Positions 17,747 through 27,553 of a stretch of DNA of 41,942 bases are shown here, in pieces. Positions within the stretch are counted from its first letter, which is position 1, and each line of letters begins with the position of its first letter. The DNA comes from Terriglobia bacterium (lineage in GTDB: Bacteria > Acidobacteriota > Terriglobia > JAIQFV01), in assembly GCA_049685715.1 (NCBI GenBank), contig JBAVHJ010000508.1, positions 1 to 41,942 of the forward strand. Direction: 5' to 3'. The notes under the pieces are model-generated. The model was not told the DNA's origin and ran no database searches. It worked only from the letters and a program-made list of their open reading frames with translations. Position numbers and translations under genes: made by a program.

Positions 17747-18073
17747 GAATGGCACGAAGTTAAGAAATTCCGTCTTTCCGAGGCCTGACCAGTCTCGAGT
17801 CCGCTTCAGCGGACTTGCCTTGAGACAGCCCGCCGGTTCACCGGCGGGAAGGTGGGGAGGGAATTCTGTCAAGCCCCGATTGACGGGGACTTGGGTGGAA
17901 AATGGGCGCCCTGTTAACGGGCCGCCGGGAGACCTCAACCCCGATGAATCGGGGTGAAGGAACCGAGGCGATCCCTTCCCGCCGCTGAAGCGGCGGGCTG
18001 GTAAAAGACAAGGCCGCCGAGGCGGCCTTCGAACGAGTTCCGTCGTTCTCCAGCCCTTAACTTCGTGCCATTC
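17747..18073. repeat. 327-bp element bounded by perfect 18-bp inverted repeats and packed with seven GC-rich hairpins
   Basis: gaatggcacgaagttaag (17747-17764) is the exact reverse complement of cttaacttcgtgccattc (18056-18073). Internal hairpins lie at 17798-17815, 17829-17848, 17874-17888, 17905-17926, 17939-17954, 17978-17997 and 18010-18029. Confidence 0.55.
18002..18029 (-). terminator. Candidate intrinsic terminator downstream of the giant kinase gene
   Basis: On the minus strand an 8-bp GC-rich stem (aaggccgc / gcggcctt) with a 4-nt loop is followed by GTCTTTTA. It lies about 290 nt after the stop at 18323 and inside the palindromic element. Confidence 0.3.
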
Positions 18074-18322
18074 GCAACGGACGCTACAGGGGGGAACAAA
18101 GGCGGTCGGATTCCCCAGGCGTGGACCGGGGGGTGTGGAAGGGGAGACCAGGGCCGAGACGTCCATTGCCAACCAAGAAAATCGCTGGCGGGCCCTCGAG
18201 CCGGGCAGACCGATCAATAAAGAGTTCTCTGACTGGAATTCACAAAAGCCCTCAGAACGCACCGACGAAGCTGCCGAGTCCTCAGTCTTGATCCTGGAAT
18301 GACAAGAGGATGTCACGGCCTT

Positions 18323-21300
18323 CTAGCCACTTTGCTTTGAACTCTGACTCCCTGCGTCCAACACTTCGCGAACCCTTCGGGCCAGGGCTTCGGGAGTAAA
18401 CGGTTTTTGGAGAAAGACCATATCGGCTTCCAGGGCGCCGTGATGCAGAACGGTGTCATCGGTGTAGCCGGACATGTAAAGAACCTTAATCCCGGGTTTC
18501 ATGGGGACCAGTCGCTCTGCCAGCTCACGGCCGCTCATTTGCGGCATCACCACGTCGGTCAGAATCAAGTGAATCGTTTCCGGGTGTTGCCTGCAGCGTT
18601 CCAAGGCCTCCTCTCCCGCCGATGCCTCCAACACCGTATAGCCGTTCATTTCGAGGATATCCCGAACGAGGTCTCGGACTCCATCCTCATCTTCAACGAC
18701 AAGGATCGTTTCGGATCCATGCATGGGAGTGGTCTGTTCCGGACTTATTTGCAGGGGCTTTCCAACTTCTTCATGCCGCGGGAGGTAGACCTTAAATGTC
18801 GTGCCGCTCCCCACCTCGCTGTTAACCCAGATGTAGCCCCCACTTTGCTTCACGATTCCATAGACGGTCGACAGTCCCAGCCCGGTACCCTTGCCCATTT
18901 CCTTCGTGGTGAAGAAGGGTTCAAACAGATGTTTCTGGATCTCGCTGTCCATTCCGGTTCCAGTATCCCGGACTCCTAACACGACATAAGATCCCACATG
19001 CATCCCGGCATTCCGGCTCGCGTAGGCTTCATCGATATCCTCATTTGAAGTCTCGATGGTGAGTTTGCCTCCTTTCGGCATGGCATCCCGGGCATTGACG
19101 GCCAGGTTCATGAGCACCTGCGCCACCTGCCCTGGATCCACCTTGGTCTTTCCCAGGTGCTCGGCGCGCAGGGTGACCAATTCGATATCTTCTCCGATGA
19201 GCCGTCGAAGCATCCGATCCATATCGGCCACGACCGCATTCAAGTCCAGCAGTTTGGGCTGCAAAACCTGTTTCCGGCTGAAGGCCAGCAATTGTTGTGT
19301 CAACGAGGCCGCCCGGTCTGACGCTTTTTTGATTTCTTCGGCGTGGCGGCGGAGAGGATCCCCCAGCGGGAGGCGCATGAGCATGAGGTCTGAATATCCG
19401 GTGATGGCGGTGAGGAGGTTGTTGAAATCGTGCGCCACCCCCCCTGCCAGCCTCCCGACCGCTTCCATCTTTTGCGCCTGTCGGAGTTGTGTCTCCAACA
19501 GCTTTCGCTCCGTGACATCCTCCTGGACTGAGATGAAGCCAATCATCGTCCCCTGGGGGTTAACCACCGGGTTGACGGAAGATTCGACGGTCACCAGTTC
19601 GCCGTCCTTCCGCCGGTTGGTCATCACCCCTCGAACACTCTTTCCAGACAAGAGAGTTTTCCAGAATTGTTCGTAGTATTGAGGGGTCAGAAGTCCGCTT
19701 TTAATGATACGAGGATTCTGGCCGATGGCTTGCGCAGGGGCGAAACCGTACACCTTCTCAAAAGCGGGGTTGACGTAGGTGATGGTGCCGTCGAGCCCGG
19801 TCATGAAAATCACTTCATCAGTCTGTTCCACGGCGCGAAGCAGCCTTCGCTCCGATTCCTCAGCGCGTTTCCGAGCCGTAATGTCCCGGATGGCGACTTG
19901 GGCCGCAGGCTTATTCCTGTAAACGAAAGGGATGGCGGTGACCTCAACATCGATGACGGTGCCATCGAGCCGGAGGAACCTCTCTTCAATCAGGGGAACG
20001 CGTTCTTTGAATTCAAGCAGCGTTCCCAGCCGAGCCTCCACGACCCCTCGATGGTCCGGGTGCACTCGGTTCAGAATCGGCGTGCCGATGAGATCCATCG
20101 TTCGGTTGGCTCCGAACAATCTCATGGCCGCTGAGTTTATAAAAACGAACTTTCCTTCGCAGTGAACTACAATGGCCTCGGGCGAGAATTCGACCAGCCG
20201 GCGGTATCGTTCTTCACTCTCCCGCAAGGCCTCCTCCGCCTGTTTTTGGGCGGTAATATCGCGCTGGGTGCCCCACACACGGACCAACGATCCCTGTTCG
20301 ATGATGCCCACAAGGTTATTGAGAAAGTTCCGGGGATCGCCCTCCCGCGTGAGCTCCAAGGTCTCCGCCTCGCTCAGCCGATAGCCGGAGCGAATGAATT
20401 GGCGCAGGGTTTCAACATTCCGCTCGTCGGATCTCGGGAGCAGGTCGCCGATTCGGGTGCCAATCATTTCCTGGGCGGCGGAGAAGCCGTACAGTTGTGC
20501 CATGACATCATTGCACTCCGCCAAATAACCGTTTTGAAAGAACAGCTCGATTTGTTCGTCGATGGGGAGATGAACTGGGACGGGCGACTGTGCCTCAAAC
20601 CGCCAGATGCCTTCGGAGCTCTGCCGCACGAACGCCCGGTAGCGCTCTTCGCTTTGTCGAAGAGCATCCTCGGTCCGCTTGCGCTCAATCGCGAGGGCGA
20701 TCTGATTTCCCACCGAGGCCAGAAATTCAAGGTCTCTCTGGTGATAGGCATGGGGGTCCTTGTAATGCTGAACGACGAGCACCCCGATGGTTCCGATGGG
20801 GGTATTCAAGGGTACGCCCAACCAGGCAGGACAGGGCGTTCCGTATAGATCCACTTCGCCTTGTTCCTCCAATTGGCGGAAGTTCTTCTCGGTGAGGAGC
20901 AGGGGTTTCCCGGTGCGCAGGACATAGGCGGTGGCTGTTTTGGCGCCCTTCATCGGGACGGGAGGGGGATCGTACTGGTCGATGAAGAAGGGAAACTCAA
21001 GGATGTCCTCGTCCTTCTTATACAACGCGATGAAGCAGTTCTCCGCAGAAACAACACGGCTCAGGGAGTGATGGATCAAACGGAGCAGCTCGTCAAGATT
21101 ACTGGTTTGGTTGACCCCCGCGCTGATCTGGAAGATGACCTGGCGCTCGCACTCCGCCCGTATGCGCTCGGTGTTGTCTTCAAAGATCCCGAGGCCCGCC
21201 CGGACTACGCCGGCCACATCGCGCAGAGGGGCGGCGGAAGCGCTGACATCGACCAGGGATCCATCCTTCTTTACCCGTTGAGTTTCCATACCCGTAAAAC

Positions 21301-23896
21301 TGTGGCCCCCAATGACCTTCTTAAGCATTTGAAGATGTTCTGCTTCCTCCGCTTTCGGGATGCAGGGATTGGGTTTGCCGAGGACCTCTCGCTCAGTCCA
21401 CCCAAAGAGCTTCTCGGCGGCAGGGTTCCAGAGCAAAACCTTCCCATATCGATCCAGACTGTTGATGGCCAAAGGAGAGCCCTGGATGAGGGCCCGCAGG
21501 GTCTCATTGGTGTTGTCCAGTTCTAGTCGCGACTGTCGCCTCATCTCCTCCACCCCGATGGCCGACGCGAGCACGCTCATCACCCGCTTGTCATCCTCGC
21601 TGGGGACATAGTCTTTCTGATAGACCACACACAGCGATCCCGCGGTTTCGCCGGCAACGAACACGGTGCGGCCGACATAGGTTTTCAGCCCGAAAGCCCG
21701 CACATTCGGGTCCGTCTCCGCATAGGGAGTCTCGTCCAGATGACGCACCACCTTCACTTCATCGCGACCTTGCTTGATGATGTCAAAACAGATATGTCCC
21801 TCGGGTTTGTCCTCCGGCTTGAAGTCCGGGGGAGTACTCCATTGTCCCCAGGAGCAAAGCATTCCGTGATCAAGGCGGTTGTACAAGGCGCTGGTAGCGC
21901 CCAACAGTTCACCGCACAAGGCGGTGAGGCGATTGATGTTCTCGATCGGGTCGATTCCAAATCTTAAGAAGCACTCATTAATCTTTCGAAGTCTTCTCTC
22001 GGCCTTCTTTCGTTCGGTGATATCGTGGGCCATTCCGCGGACAACGGGGGCCTCCACTCCCTCGGTCCGAATGGTGCTGTAATATTCCCAGATGCGAGTC
22101 TCACCGCTGTGTGTCTGCGCTCGCATGAATCCGTGGACGACACCGCGGTTCTTTATGGCGGCCAAAAACGCATCAAACTCCGGTTGAGACTCGGGGGGCA
22201 GGAAATCGCGGATGTTTTTGCCGACGACTTCGTTTTGGGTATAACCCAGCACCTTGGTGGCCGCCTCGTTGGCGGAGAGAATCCTCCCTTCAAGGTCATG
22301 GGTACAGATCAAATCATGACTGTGTTCCACGAGGTCCCGGTAGCGATCCTCGCTTTCGCGCAGGGCTCTTTCCGCCTGCTTGTGTTCTGTGATGTCAGTG
22401 ATGACCCCTTCGAGGATTCCCTCATCCTCTCGCAGATTGGCGGAGATGGAAGCCCAAAATGGGGAGCCGTTGGCGCGTTTAAGTTGAGTCTCAAAGTTTT
22501 CGACCGCACCGTGCCTCAGGATTTGTGCTTTCATCCGCCCCCGGTCGTCGGGGTTCAGATACGTATCGACGGTTCGTCTCCCTTTGAGATCTTGAACTCC
22601 AAACATTTTCAGAACGGCCTGGTTGCAGTCCAGGACCCTTCCTTCGGCGAGAGAGCTCCGGTATATCCCGACCGGCGATTTGTCGAAGAAGTCCCGGTAC
22701 TTCTCTTCACTGTGTTTGAGGGCCTCAGTGGTGCGCTTTAACTCGGTGGTGTCGGTCCCCGACCCGAGGAAGCCCAGGAAGGATCCATCCGCATCGAGCC
22801 GGGGAACGCCCGAGTCCAGAATCCATCGATACTCCCCGTCGAATCGCCGGAGGCGGTATTCCATTTTGAACGGCTGACGTGCCTTGAAGGCGGTCCAATA
22901 GGTCTGTAAACATCGGGGGAGATCCTCCGTGTGAACATCCCTCGTCCAGCCGTTTCCGAGGATCTGGCTCAGGGTCCGGCCGGTGAAATCCAACCACCCT
23001 TGATTGAAAAAGGTACATAGGCCTTCGGCATCCGAAAGCCAAATCAGGACGGGTGCACTGTCGGCCATCGTCCGAAACCGCTGTTCACTTTCAACTAACG
23101 TTTCATGGACACGCTTGGAAGCAGTAATGTCGATCAGTGTTCCCTCATAGGACAATACCTTTCCCCCGCTTTCAGTGATCGCGCGGGCATGTTCGGACAC
23201 CGTGATCCGACCTCCATCCCTTTTTCTCAGCTCAAATTCGGCGTCGGTAAGTCGCCCTGTTTTATGGAGTTTTTCGAGGTTTCTTCGGCGCACGGAGGGA
23301 TCCACATACAAACTCTTTTCGATGTCGGCCTCCAGGAGCTGTTGGAGCGATTCGTATCCCAGCATCCGGATGAGTGCAGGGTTTGCACGAAGGACCTTTC
23401 CCTCCGGGGTGCTCTGGTACAATCCAATCATTGCCTCCTCGAAAAAGCTGCGGGACCGTTCCTCAGCCGCCCGAGCGGCTTCTTGGGCCGTTTTGAGGTC
23501 AGTGATATCGCGAGCGCGCCAAGTGGCAGAGCCTTTCGTTATCGGAGAAACAACGACGGAAAACCAGGTCTCCCGGTCGCCCAGCGGGAAAAGGTACTCG
23601 GCCTCGATGGTTGTGCGCTTCTTCAGGGATCGTCTCAGGTGCCCCATGATTGAGTCGATCTGGGTGAGAGGGAGAACCTCTTGCAGTGTTCTGCCAAGGA
23701 TCCTCCTGGCATTCATCTTGGTTGGGTCAGGGTTGTGCGGATAGACTTCGAGGATGCGCCCTTGCGCGTTGACGACCAGGGTCAGTTCTCTCAGGGTTGA
23801 AATCCAACTGCGACCGATCCGGGGAGAGGGCGGCGACTTTGCGGTTGCCCTCTTGTTGACCTTCGGAATTGTCTTTCCGCTTGGCTTCTTCTTCAT
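18323..23896 (-). CDS. Giant multi-PAS/GAF hybrid sensor histidine kinase / response regulator (~1857 aa)
   Basis: About ten PAS modules are separated by coiled linkers of the type ITE.K.AE.ALRESEERYR. Two GAF-like segments are present, with H-box [17 protein letters not shown], HATPase motif [20 protein letters not shown] and REC motifs ILVVEDEDGVR and LILTDVVMPQMSG. The start is set at ATG 23896, preceded by GGAGG. The ORF-track start is 23935. Confidence 0.9.
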   Translation of the reverse strand: MKKKPSGKTIPKVNKRATAKSPPSPRIGRSWISTLRELTLVVNAQGRILEVYPHNPDPTKMNARRILGRTLQEVLPLTQIDSIMGHLRRSLKKRTTIEAEYLFPLGDRETWFSVVVSPITKGSATWRARDITDLKTAQEAARAAEERSRSFFEEAMIGLYQSTPEGKVLRANPALIRMLGYESLQQLLEADIEKSLYVDPSVRRRNLEKLHKTGRLTDAEFELRKRDGGRITVSEHARAITESGGKVLSYEGTLIDITASKRVHETLVESEQRFRTMADSAPVLIWLSDAEGLCTFFNQGWLDFTGRTLSQILGNGWTRDVHTEDLPRCLQTYWTAFKARQPFKMEYRLRRFDGEYRWILDSGVPRLDADGSFLGFLGSGTDTTELKRTTEALKHSEEKYRDFFDKSPVGIYRSSLAEGRVLDCNQAVLKMFGVQDLKGRRTVDTYLNPDDRGRMKAQILRHGAVENFETQLKRANGSPFWASISANLREDEGILEGVITDITEHKQAERALRESEDRYRDLVEHSHDLICTHDLEGRILSANEAATKVLGYTQNEVVGKNIRDFLPPESQPEFDAFLAAIKNRGVVHGFMRAQTHSGETRIWEYYSTIRTEGVEAPVVRGMAHDITERKKAERRLRKINECFLRFGIDPIENINRLTALCGELLGATSALYNRLDHGMLCSWGQWSTPPDFKPEDKPEGHICFDIIKQGRDEVKVVRHLDETPYAETDPNVRAFGLKTYVGRTVFVAGETAGSLCVVYQKDYVPSEDDKRVMSVLASAIGVEEMRRQSRLELDNTNETLRALIQGSPLAINSLDRYGKVLLWNPAAEKLFGWTEREVLGKPNPCIPKAEEAEHLQMLKKVIGGHSFTGMETQRVKKDGSLVDVSASAAPLRDVAGVVRAGLGIFEDNTERIRAECERQVIFQISAGVNQTSNLDELLRLIHHSLSRVVSAENCFIALYKKDEDILEFPFFIDQYDPPPVPMKGAKTATAYVLRTGKPLLLTEKNFRQLEEQGEVDLYGTPCPAWLGVPLNTPIGTIGVLVVQHYKDPHAYHQRDLEFLASVGNQIALAIERKRTEDALRQSEERYRAFVRQSSEGIWRFEAQSPVPVHLPIDEQIELFFQNGYLAECNDVMAQLYGFSAAQEMIGTRIGDLLPRSDERNVETLRQFIRSGYRLSEAETLELTREGDPRNFLNNLVGIIEQGSLVRVWGTQRDITAQKQAEEALRESEERYRRLVEFSPEAIVVHCEGKFVFINSAAMRLFGANRTMDLIGTPILNRVHPDHRGVVEARLGTLLEFKERVPLIEERFLRLDGTVIDVEVTAIPFVYRNKPAAQVAIRDITARKRAEESERRLLRAVEQTDEVIFMTGLDGTITYVNPAFEKVYGFAPAQAIGQNPRIIKSGLLTPQYYEQFWKTLLSGKSVRGVMTNRRKDGELVTVESSVNPVVNPQGTMIGFISVQEDVTERKLLETQLRQAQKMEAVGRLAGGVAHDFNNLLTAITGYSDLMLMRLPLGDPLRRHAEEIKKASDRAASLTQQLLAFSRKQVLQPKLLDLNAVVADMDRMLRRLIGEDIELVTLRAEHLGKTKVDPGQVAQVLMNLAVNARDAMPKGGKLTIETSNEDIDEAYASRNAGMHVGSYVVLGVRDTGTGMDSEIQKHLFEPFFTTKEMGKGTGLGLSTVYGIVKQSGGYIWVNSEVGSGTTFKVYLPRHEEVGKPLQISPEQTTPMHGSETILVVEDEDGVRDLVRDILEMNGYTVLEASAGEEALERCRQHPETIHLILTDVVMPQMSGRELAERLVPMKPGIKVLYMSGYTDDTVLHHGALEADMVFLQKPFTPEALARRVREVLDAGSQSSKQSG

Positions 23897-24295
23897 GCCT
23901 GCCTCCGACCGTTTGCTGAATAGGGGTTTTACCAAAAGAGGCGGTCGTTCAGAGATGCTTGGACGGTCTCATGGGTTGAGCCTGCACACTCGTAACCTTG
24001 GCCGTCGCCATTTCATCGGGGATCTGCATCCTCAATGGTGCTTATCGACGCTTATCGGAAAAGGGTTTAGTCCCTTTATGGAGCCTTGCAAAACGCCATC
24101 GGGGAGAATACCTGCGGATTCATTCTATCGGATGGCCCACGATCACGCCAGAAAATCATTCTTAAATTGAGGGTCGATTCTTCTCCCATGCGGGCATTTC
24201 CAGGTGACTGAAAACACAATCACCGGCAGGGTCAGGGATTTCTTCTCACCACGCGGCCCCCGCCGATCGACGACTCGAGGGCAAAGAGCCATTAC

Positions 24296-24325
24296 TTGAC
24301 AGTTGCGCTATAGTATCGTTGCAAT
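24296..24325 (+). promoter_or_regulatory. Candidate sigma70-like promoter for the amidohydrolase / xanthine dehydrogenase-family operon
   Basis: TTGACA (24296-24301), an 18-nt spacer, then TGCAAT (24320-24325). It lies about 40 nt upstream of the GTG start at 24368. Confidence 0.25.
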
Positions 24326-24367
24326 TGACATCACGTGTCCCCAAACCCTTGGTCGAGGTGAGTTTCC

Positions 24368-25804
24368 GTGGGAACGGTCCTCTTTCAACATGCCTTGATA
24401 GTCGCGACGATGAACGACCGCCGCGAAAAAATACCGGACGGTTTTGTGCTCGTCCGAGACAATGTCATTGAAAAGGTCGGCTCGGGGGAATTCGATGGAC
24501 AGGTGGATCGTGTGATCGAGGCTACAGGAAAGGTCCTCCTTCCCGGTTTTGTCAATTGCCATCATCATTTATACCAGACTCTGACCCGGAACATTCCGGA
24601 GGTTCAGAACGTGCCCTTGTTTGATTGGTTAGTTGGGCTCTATGAGATCTGGCGAGAATTAACGCTCGAAGGCGTCCACACAAGCACTAAGGTGGGGATT
24701 GCGGAGTTGCTCCTTTCAGGTTGTACCACGACGACAGATCATCTCTATCTCGTTCCCCGGGGAGTCGAAGCAGTTCACGACGAAGAGATTCGCGCGGCGG
24801 GGGAGATGGGAATTCGGTTTCACCCCACCCGTGGATCCATGTCTCGCGGCCGTTCCCAAGGGGGCTTGCCTCCGGACGACGTGGTTCAGACGGAGGCTGA
24901 GATCATGCAGGACTGCGAGCGAGTAGCAAGCCGATACCATGACGGCTCGAAGTTTTCCATGTGTCGCATCGCCCTGGCTCCCTGTTCTCCCTTTTCGGTG
25001 ACAAACGAGCTCATGAAAGCCACCCTCGAATTTGCACGCCGGTCCGGCTTGCGCGTTCACACCCATCTGGCTGAGACCCGGGATGAAGAGGAATTCTGCC
25101 GGAAGACCTATGGATGTCGCCCCGTGGAGTTGATGCAGAAGTTGGGCTGGCTTGGCGGTGACGTTTGGTTTGCCCACTGTGTTCATCTGAACGAAACGGA
25201 ATTGGATGTTTTCGTGAGAACCGGGACCGCCGTGGCGCACTGTCCGACTTCCAACATGCGCTTGGGCAGCGGGATTGCACCGATTCGTGAACTTGTCCAT
25301 CGGGGCGCCCGGGTGGGTCTTGCCGTGGATGGATCTGCCTCCAACGATACATCGAATTTTCTCGCGGAAATCCGGCAAACGCTTTTACTGCACCGTTTGC
25401 CCGAAGCAGAGAGGAAGATAGTCGGAGCGGCGGGGAAGGGGCCGGAAGCTTCGAGGCCCTGGATGTCTGCGGAGGACGTTTTATGGATGGCCACGCGGGG
25501 AGGGGCCAATACTTTGGGTTACGCCCATGAGATCGGATCCGTTGAAGAAGGGAAGGCCGCGGACTTGATCCTGATCGATACGAACCAGCTCAGCTTTGCC
25601 GGCGCCATGAGTGACCCTCTGGCAGCCATGGTCTTCTCGCAATCGTCCAACACCGTGCACACCACGATGGTCAATGGTAGAATTGTCGTGGAGGCGGGTA
25701 AACTGCTGCATCAAGACCTGGACAAGCTGGTGCGGTCCCACAACCGTCTGTCTGCAGAAATGCTAAGGCGATCGCAACAGAGGAGAAAGGGCTCTGCGGG
25801 TTGA
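24368..25804 (+). CDS. Amidohydrolase of the ATZ/TRZ-SsnA-8-oxoguanine deaminase group
   Basis: LPGFVNCHHHLYQTLTRNIP...LFDWLVGLYEIWRELT is the metal-binding HxH plus signature seen in 8-oxoguanine deaminase-like enzymes. Downstream motifs are VHTHLAET and AVDGSASND. GTG start follows SD GAGGTGAG. Confidence 0.85.
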   Translation: MGTVLFQHALIVATMNDRREKIPDGFVLVRDNVIEKVGSGEFDGQVDRVIEATGKVLLPGFVNCHHHLYQTLTRNIPEVQNVPLFDWLVGLYEIWRELTLEGVHTSTKVGIAELLLSGCTTTTDHLYLVPRGVEAVHDEEIRAAGEMGIRFHPTRGSMSRGRSQGGLPPDDVVQTEAEIMQDCERVASRYHDGSKFSMCRIALAPCSPFSVTNELMKATLEFARRSGLRVHTHLAETRDEEEFCRKTYGCRPVELMQKLGWLGGDVWFAHCVHLNETELDVFVRTGTAVAHCPTSNMRLGSGIAPIRELVHRGARVGLAVDGSASNDTSNFLAEIRQTLLLHRLPEAERKIVGAAGKGPEASRPWMSAEDVLWMATRGGANTLGYAHEIGSVEEGKAADLILIDTNQLSFAGAMSDPLAAMVFSQSSNTVHTTMVNGRIVVEAGKLLHQDLDKLVRSHNRLSAEMLRRSQQRRKGSAG

Positions 25805-25879
25805 GCCGGCCGCCGGGCTTGGGGCGACTTTTGAAGATCATGGGAACAGGCCTCCTTTGCGGGTCAGGTATTTGAATTC

Positions 25880-26758
25880 ATGCTGCCGAATCTTAGAAAA
25901 TATTACCGTCCCCGTTCCATTGAAGCGACGCTGCGCCTCCTTAGCGCCAATCCAGTACGGTGCGCCGTGCTGGCCGGCGGGACGCACCTTCTCGCTTCGT
26001 CCCGCCGCGATGTCGAGGATGTGGTCGACATTTCGGCATTGAAGCTCAAAATGGTGAAACGGAAAAATGGAGATGTCTGTATCGGCGCGACGGCCACCCT
26101 GCAATCCATCCTCGAGAATCCCCGATTGAGAAAATTCGCCGATGGAATCCTCGTTGAAGCGTGTCACCGGAACTCTGTGTCCCGGATGATTCGGAATCAA
26201 AGGACGATGGGGGGGGAGATCTGCGCGAACTGGAAACGTTCCGATCTGGCAGCGGTTTTGCTGGCCCTGAATGCCCGGGTGAAGCTCATGAACTTCTCTC
26301 TCGAGGAAAAGGAGATGCTGATTTCCGATTTCTGGTCTATGCCCGCATTTCGGGCTGGGAAAAAGGGCTCCGGCCTGGTGTTTCCCGGGCTGCTCTTGGA
26401 ATTGATCCTTCCGACGCCTGCTCCCCCTTTTGCGGCCGCGTTCGAGCATGTAGAACAGATTGAATCGCAACCCAGCTTTGTGTCTTCGGCAGCGGTTTTA
26501 GAGTTTGGTGAGAATCGCCAGTGTGGGGAGGCGCGGGTTGCCTTGAGCTCTTTCGCTGATGCGCCCTGTCGACTTCCTCGGCTTGAATCGTTTTTGAAGG
26601 GGAAAACGTTGACGCCGGAGTCAGTCGAATCCGCCGCGGCACTGGGGTTCGGTGAGATTCGACCCCTGGTCGACTCACGCGCCTCGGGAATGTACCGCCA
26701 GGCTGTGGCGCCCGTGTTGATTCGACGTTTACTCGGTCGCTGTTTGAAGGGGCACTAA
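25880..26758 (+). CDS. FAD-binding (medium) subunit of a xanthine dehydrogenase / CO dehydrogenase-family molybdoenzyme
   Basis: LAGGTHLL, ATLQSI and RNQRTMGGEI fit the FAD_binding_5 / CoxM-XdhB pattern. It is followed 7 nt later by the 2Fe-2S subunit. Confidence 0.85.
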   Translation: MLPNLRKYYRPRSIEATLRLLSANPVRCAVLAGGTHLLASSRRDVEDVVDISALKLKMVKRKNGDVCIGATATLQSILENPRLRKFADGILVEACHRNSVSRMIRNQRTMGGEICANWKRSDLAAVLLALNARVKLMNFSLEEKEMLISDFWSMPAFRAGKKGSGLVFPGLLLELILPTPAPPFAAAFEHVEQIESQPSFVSSAAVLEFGENRQCGEARVALSSFADAPCRLPRLESFLKGKTLTPESVESAAALGFGEIRPLVDSRASGMYRQAVAPVLIRRLLGRCLKGH

Positions 26759-26765
26759 TCCCGTT

Positions 26766-27470
26766 ATGAAAATGACCATCGCATTGAACGGTGAGGAGAG
26801 GGAATTTGACGTTCCAGCCAACACGACCCTCTTGTCCCTGCTCAGGGACCAGGCAAATTGTTTTAGCGTGAAGCATGGATGCGAAACGGGGGAGTGTGGC
26901 GCCTGCGCAGTGATTTTTGATGGGCGAATCGTCAACGCCTGCATTCTGCTGGCCGCCCAGGCCGACGAGCGGGAGGTCATTACTCTCGAGGGAATCCCTT
27001 GGATCATGGCGACCCTGAACAGCGTGACCCCTAACGTTGAGAGAGCCCCGACGGCTGGGGCGGACGCCACCCTCCAGCCCAACTCATCTGAGCCCCCTAC
27101 GGAATCGAGATCCTCCTTTCAGAATCCTGCAGCCTTCTCCCGGGAGGAGCATCCGTCGGCCTATGAATTGTTACATCCCGTTCAACAGGCTTTTGTCGAT
27201 ACGCACGCCATCCAATGCGGTTACTGTACGCCCGGGATGATCCTGTCGAGCCTGTCGTTACTTGCCGAGAAGGGTTTCATCAATCTGCCTTCGATTAAGC
27301 GGAAAACGAGGGCGCGCTCCGGGCGGAGAAAATCAGGCTCGAAAGGACCGCTTCTCAACGAGCAGGAAATTCGAGACGCCCTAGCGGGCAATCTGTGCCG
27401 TTGTACCGGCTATGTCAAACCCGTCGATGCAGTCCTCCAGGCAGCCGAGAAACTGATCACAGAGCGTTAA
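26766..27470 (+). CDS. [2Fe-2S]-binding small subunit, with two extra insertions
   Basis: Plant-type cluster motif GCETGECGACAV...NAC and second cluster motif QCGYCTPGM...GNLCRCTGY. At 234 aa it is longer than the usual ~160 aa. Confidence 0.85.
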   Translation: MKMTIALNGEEREFDVPANTTLLSLLRDQANCFSVKHGCETGECGACAVIFDGRIVNACILLAAQADEREVITLEGIPWIMATLNSVTPNVERAPTAGADATLQPNSSEPPTESRSSFQNPAAFSREEHPSAYELLHPVQQAFVDTHAIQCGYCTPGMILSSLSLLAEKGFINLPSIKRKTRARSGRRKSGSKGPLLNEQEIRDALAGNLCRCTGYVKPVDAVLQAAEKLITER

Positions 27471-27553
27471 TCCATGGGGGCGGGAGCGCCCTGAGCAAGG
27501 GCCCAGAGCGGAAGAACGCGACAAGTTCCTGTGGGGGTAGAAGAAAAGAAGTT

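Noticed and set aside
17720-18316. 198-aa minus-strand ORF filling the gap between the two kinase genes
   Set aside because: Its sequence (…SPLKRTRDW…PAGEPAGC…PVNRG…HPDSSGL…PARRFSGG…) is simply the translation of consecutive GC-rich hairpins. It has no RBS and no protein-like pattern.
23936-24367. Purine riboswitch or other leader RNA upstream of the amidohydrolase/xanthine dehydrogenase operon
   Set aside because: I could not find the conserved purine-riboswitch junction and loop sequences. Only a weak promoter-like motif was seen.
27395-27553. N-terminal extensions offered by the ORF track (27395, 922, 5929, 7641, 33685, 38127, 23935)
   Set aside because: The extensions overlap upstream genes or repeats and lack family similarity. 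Internal ATGs with an RBS or translational-coupling geometry fit better.
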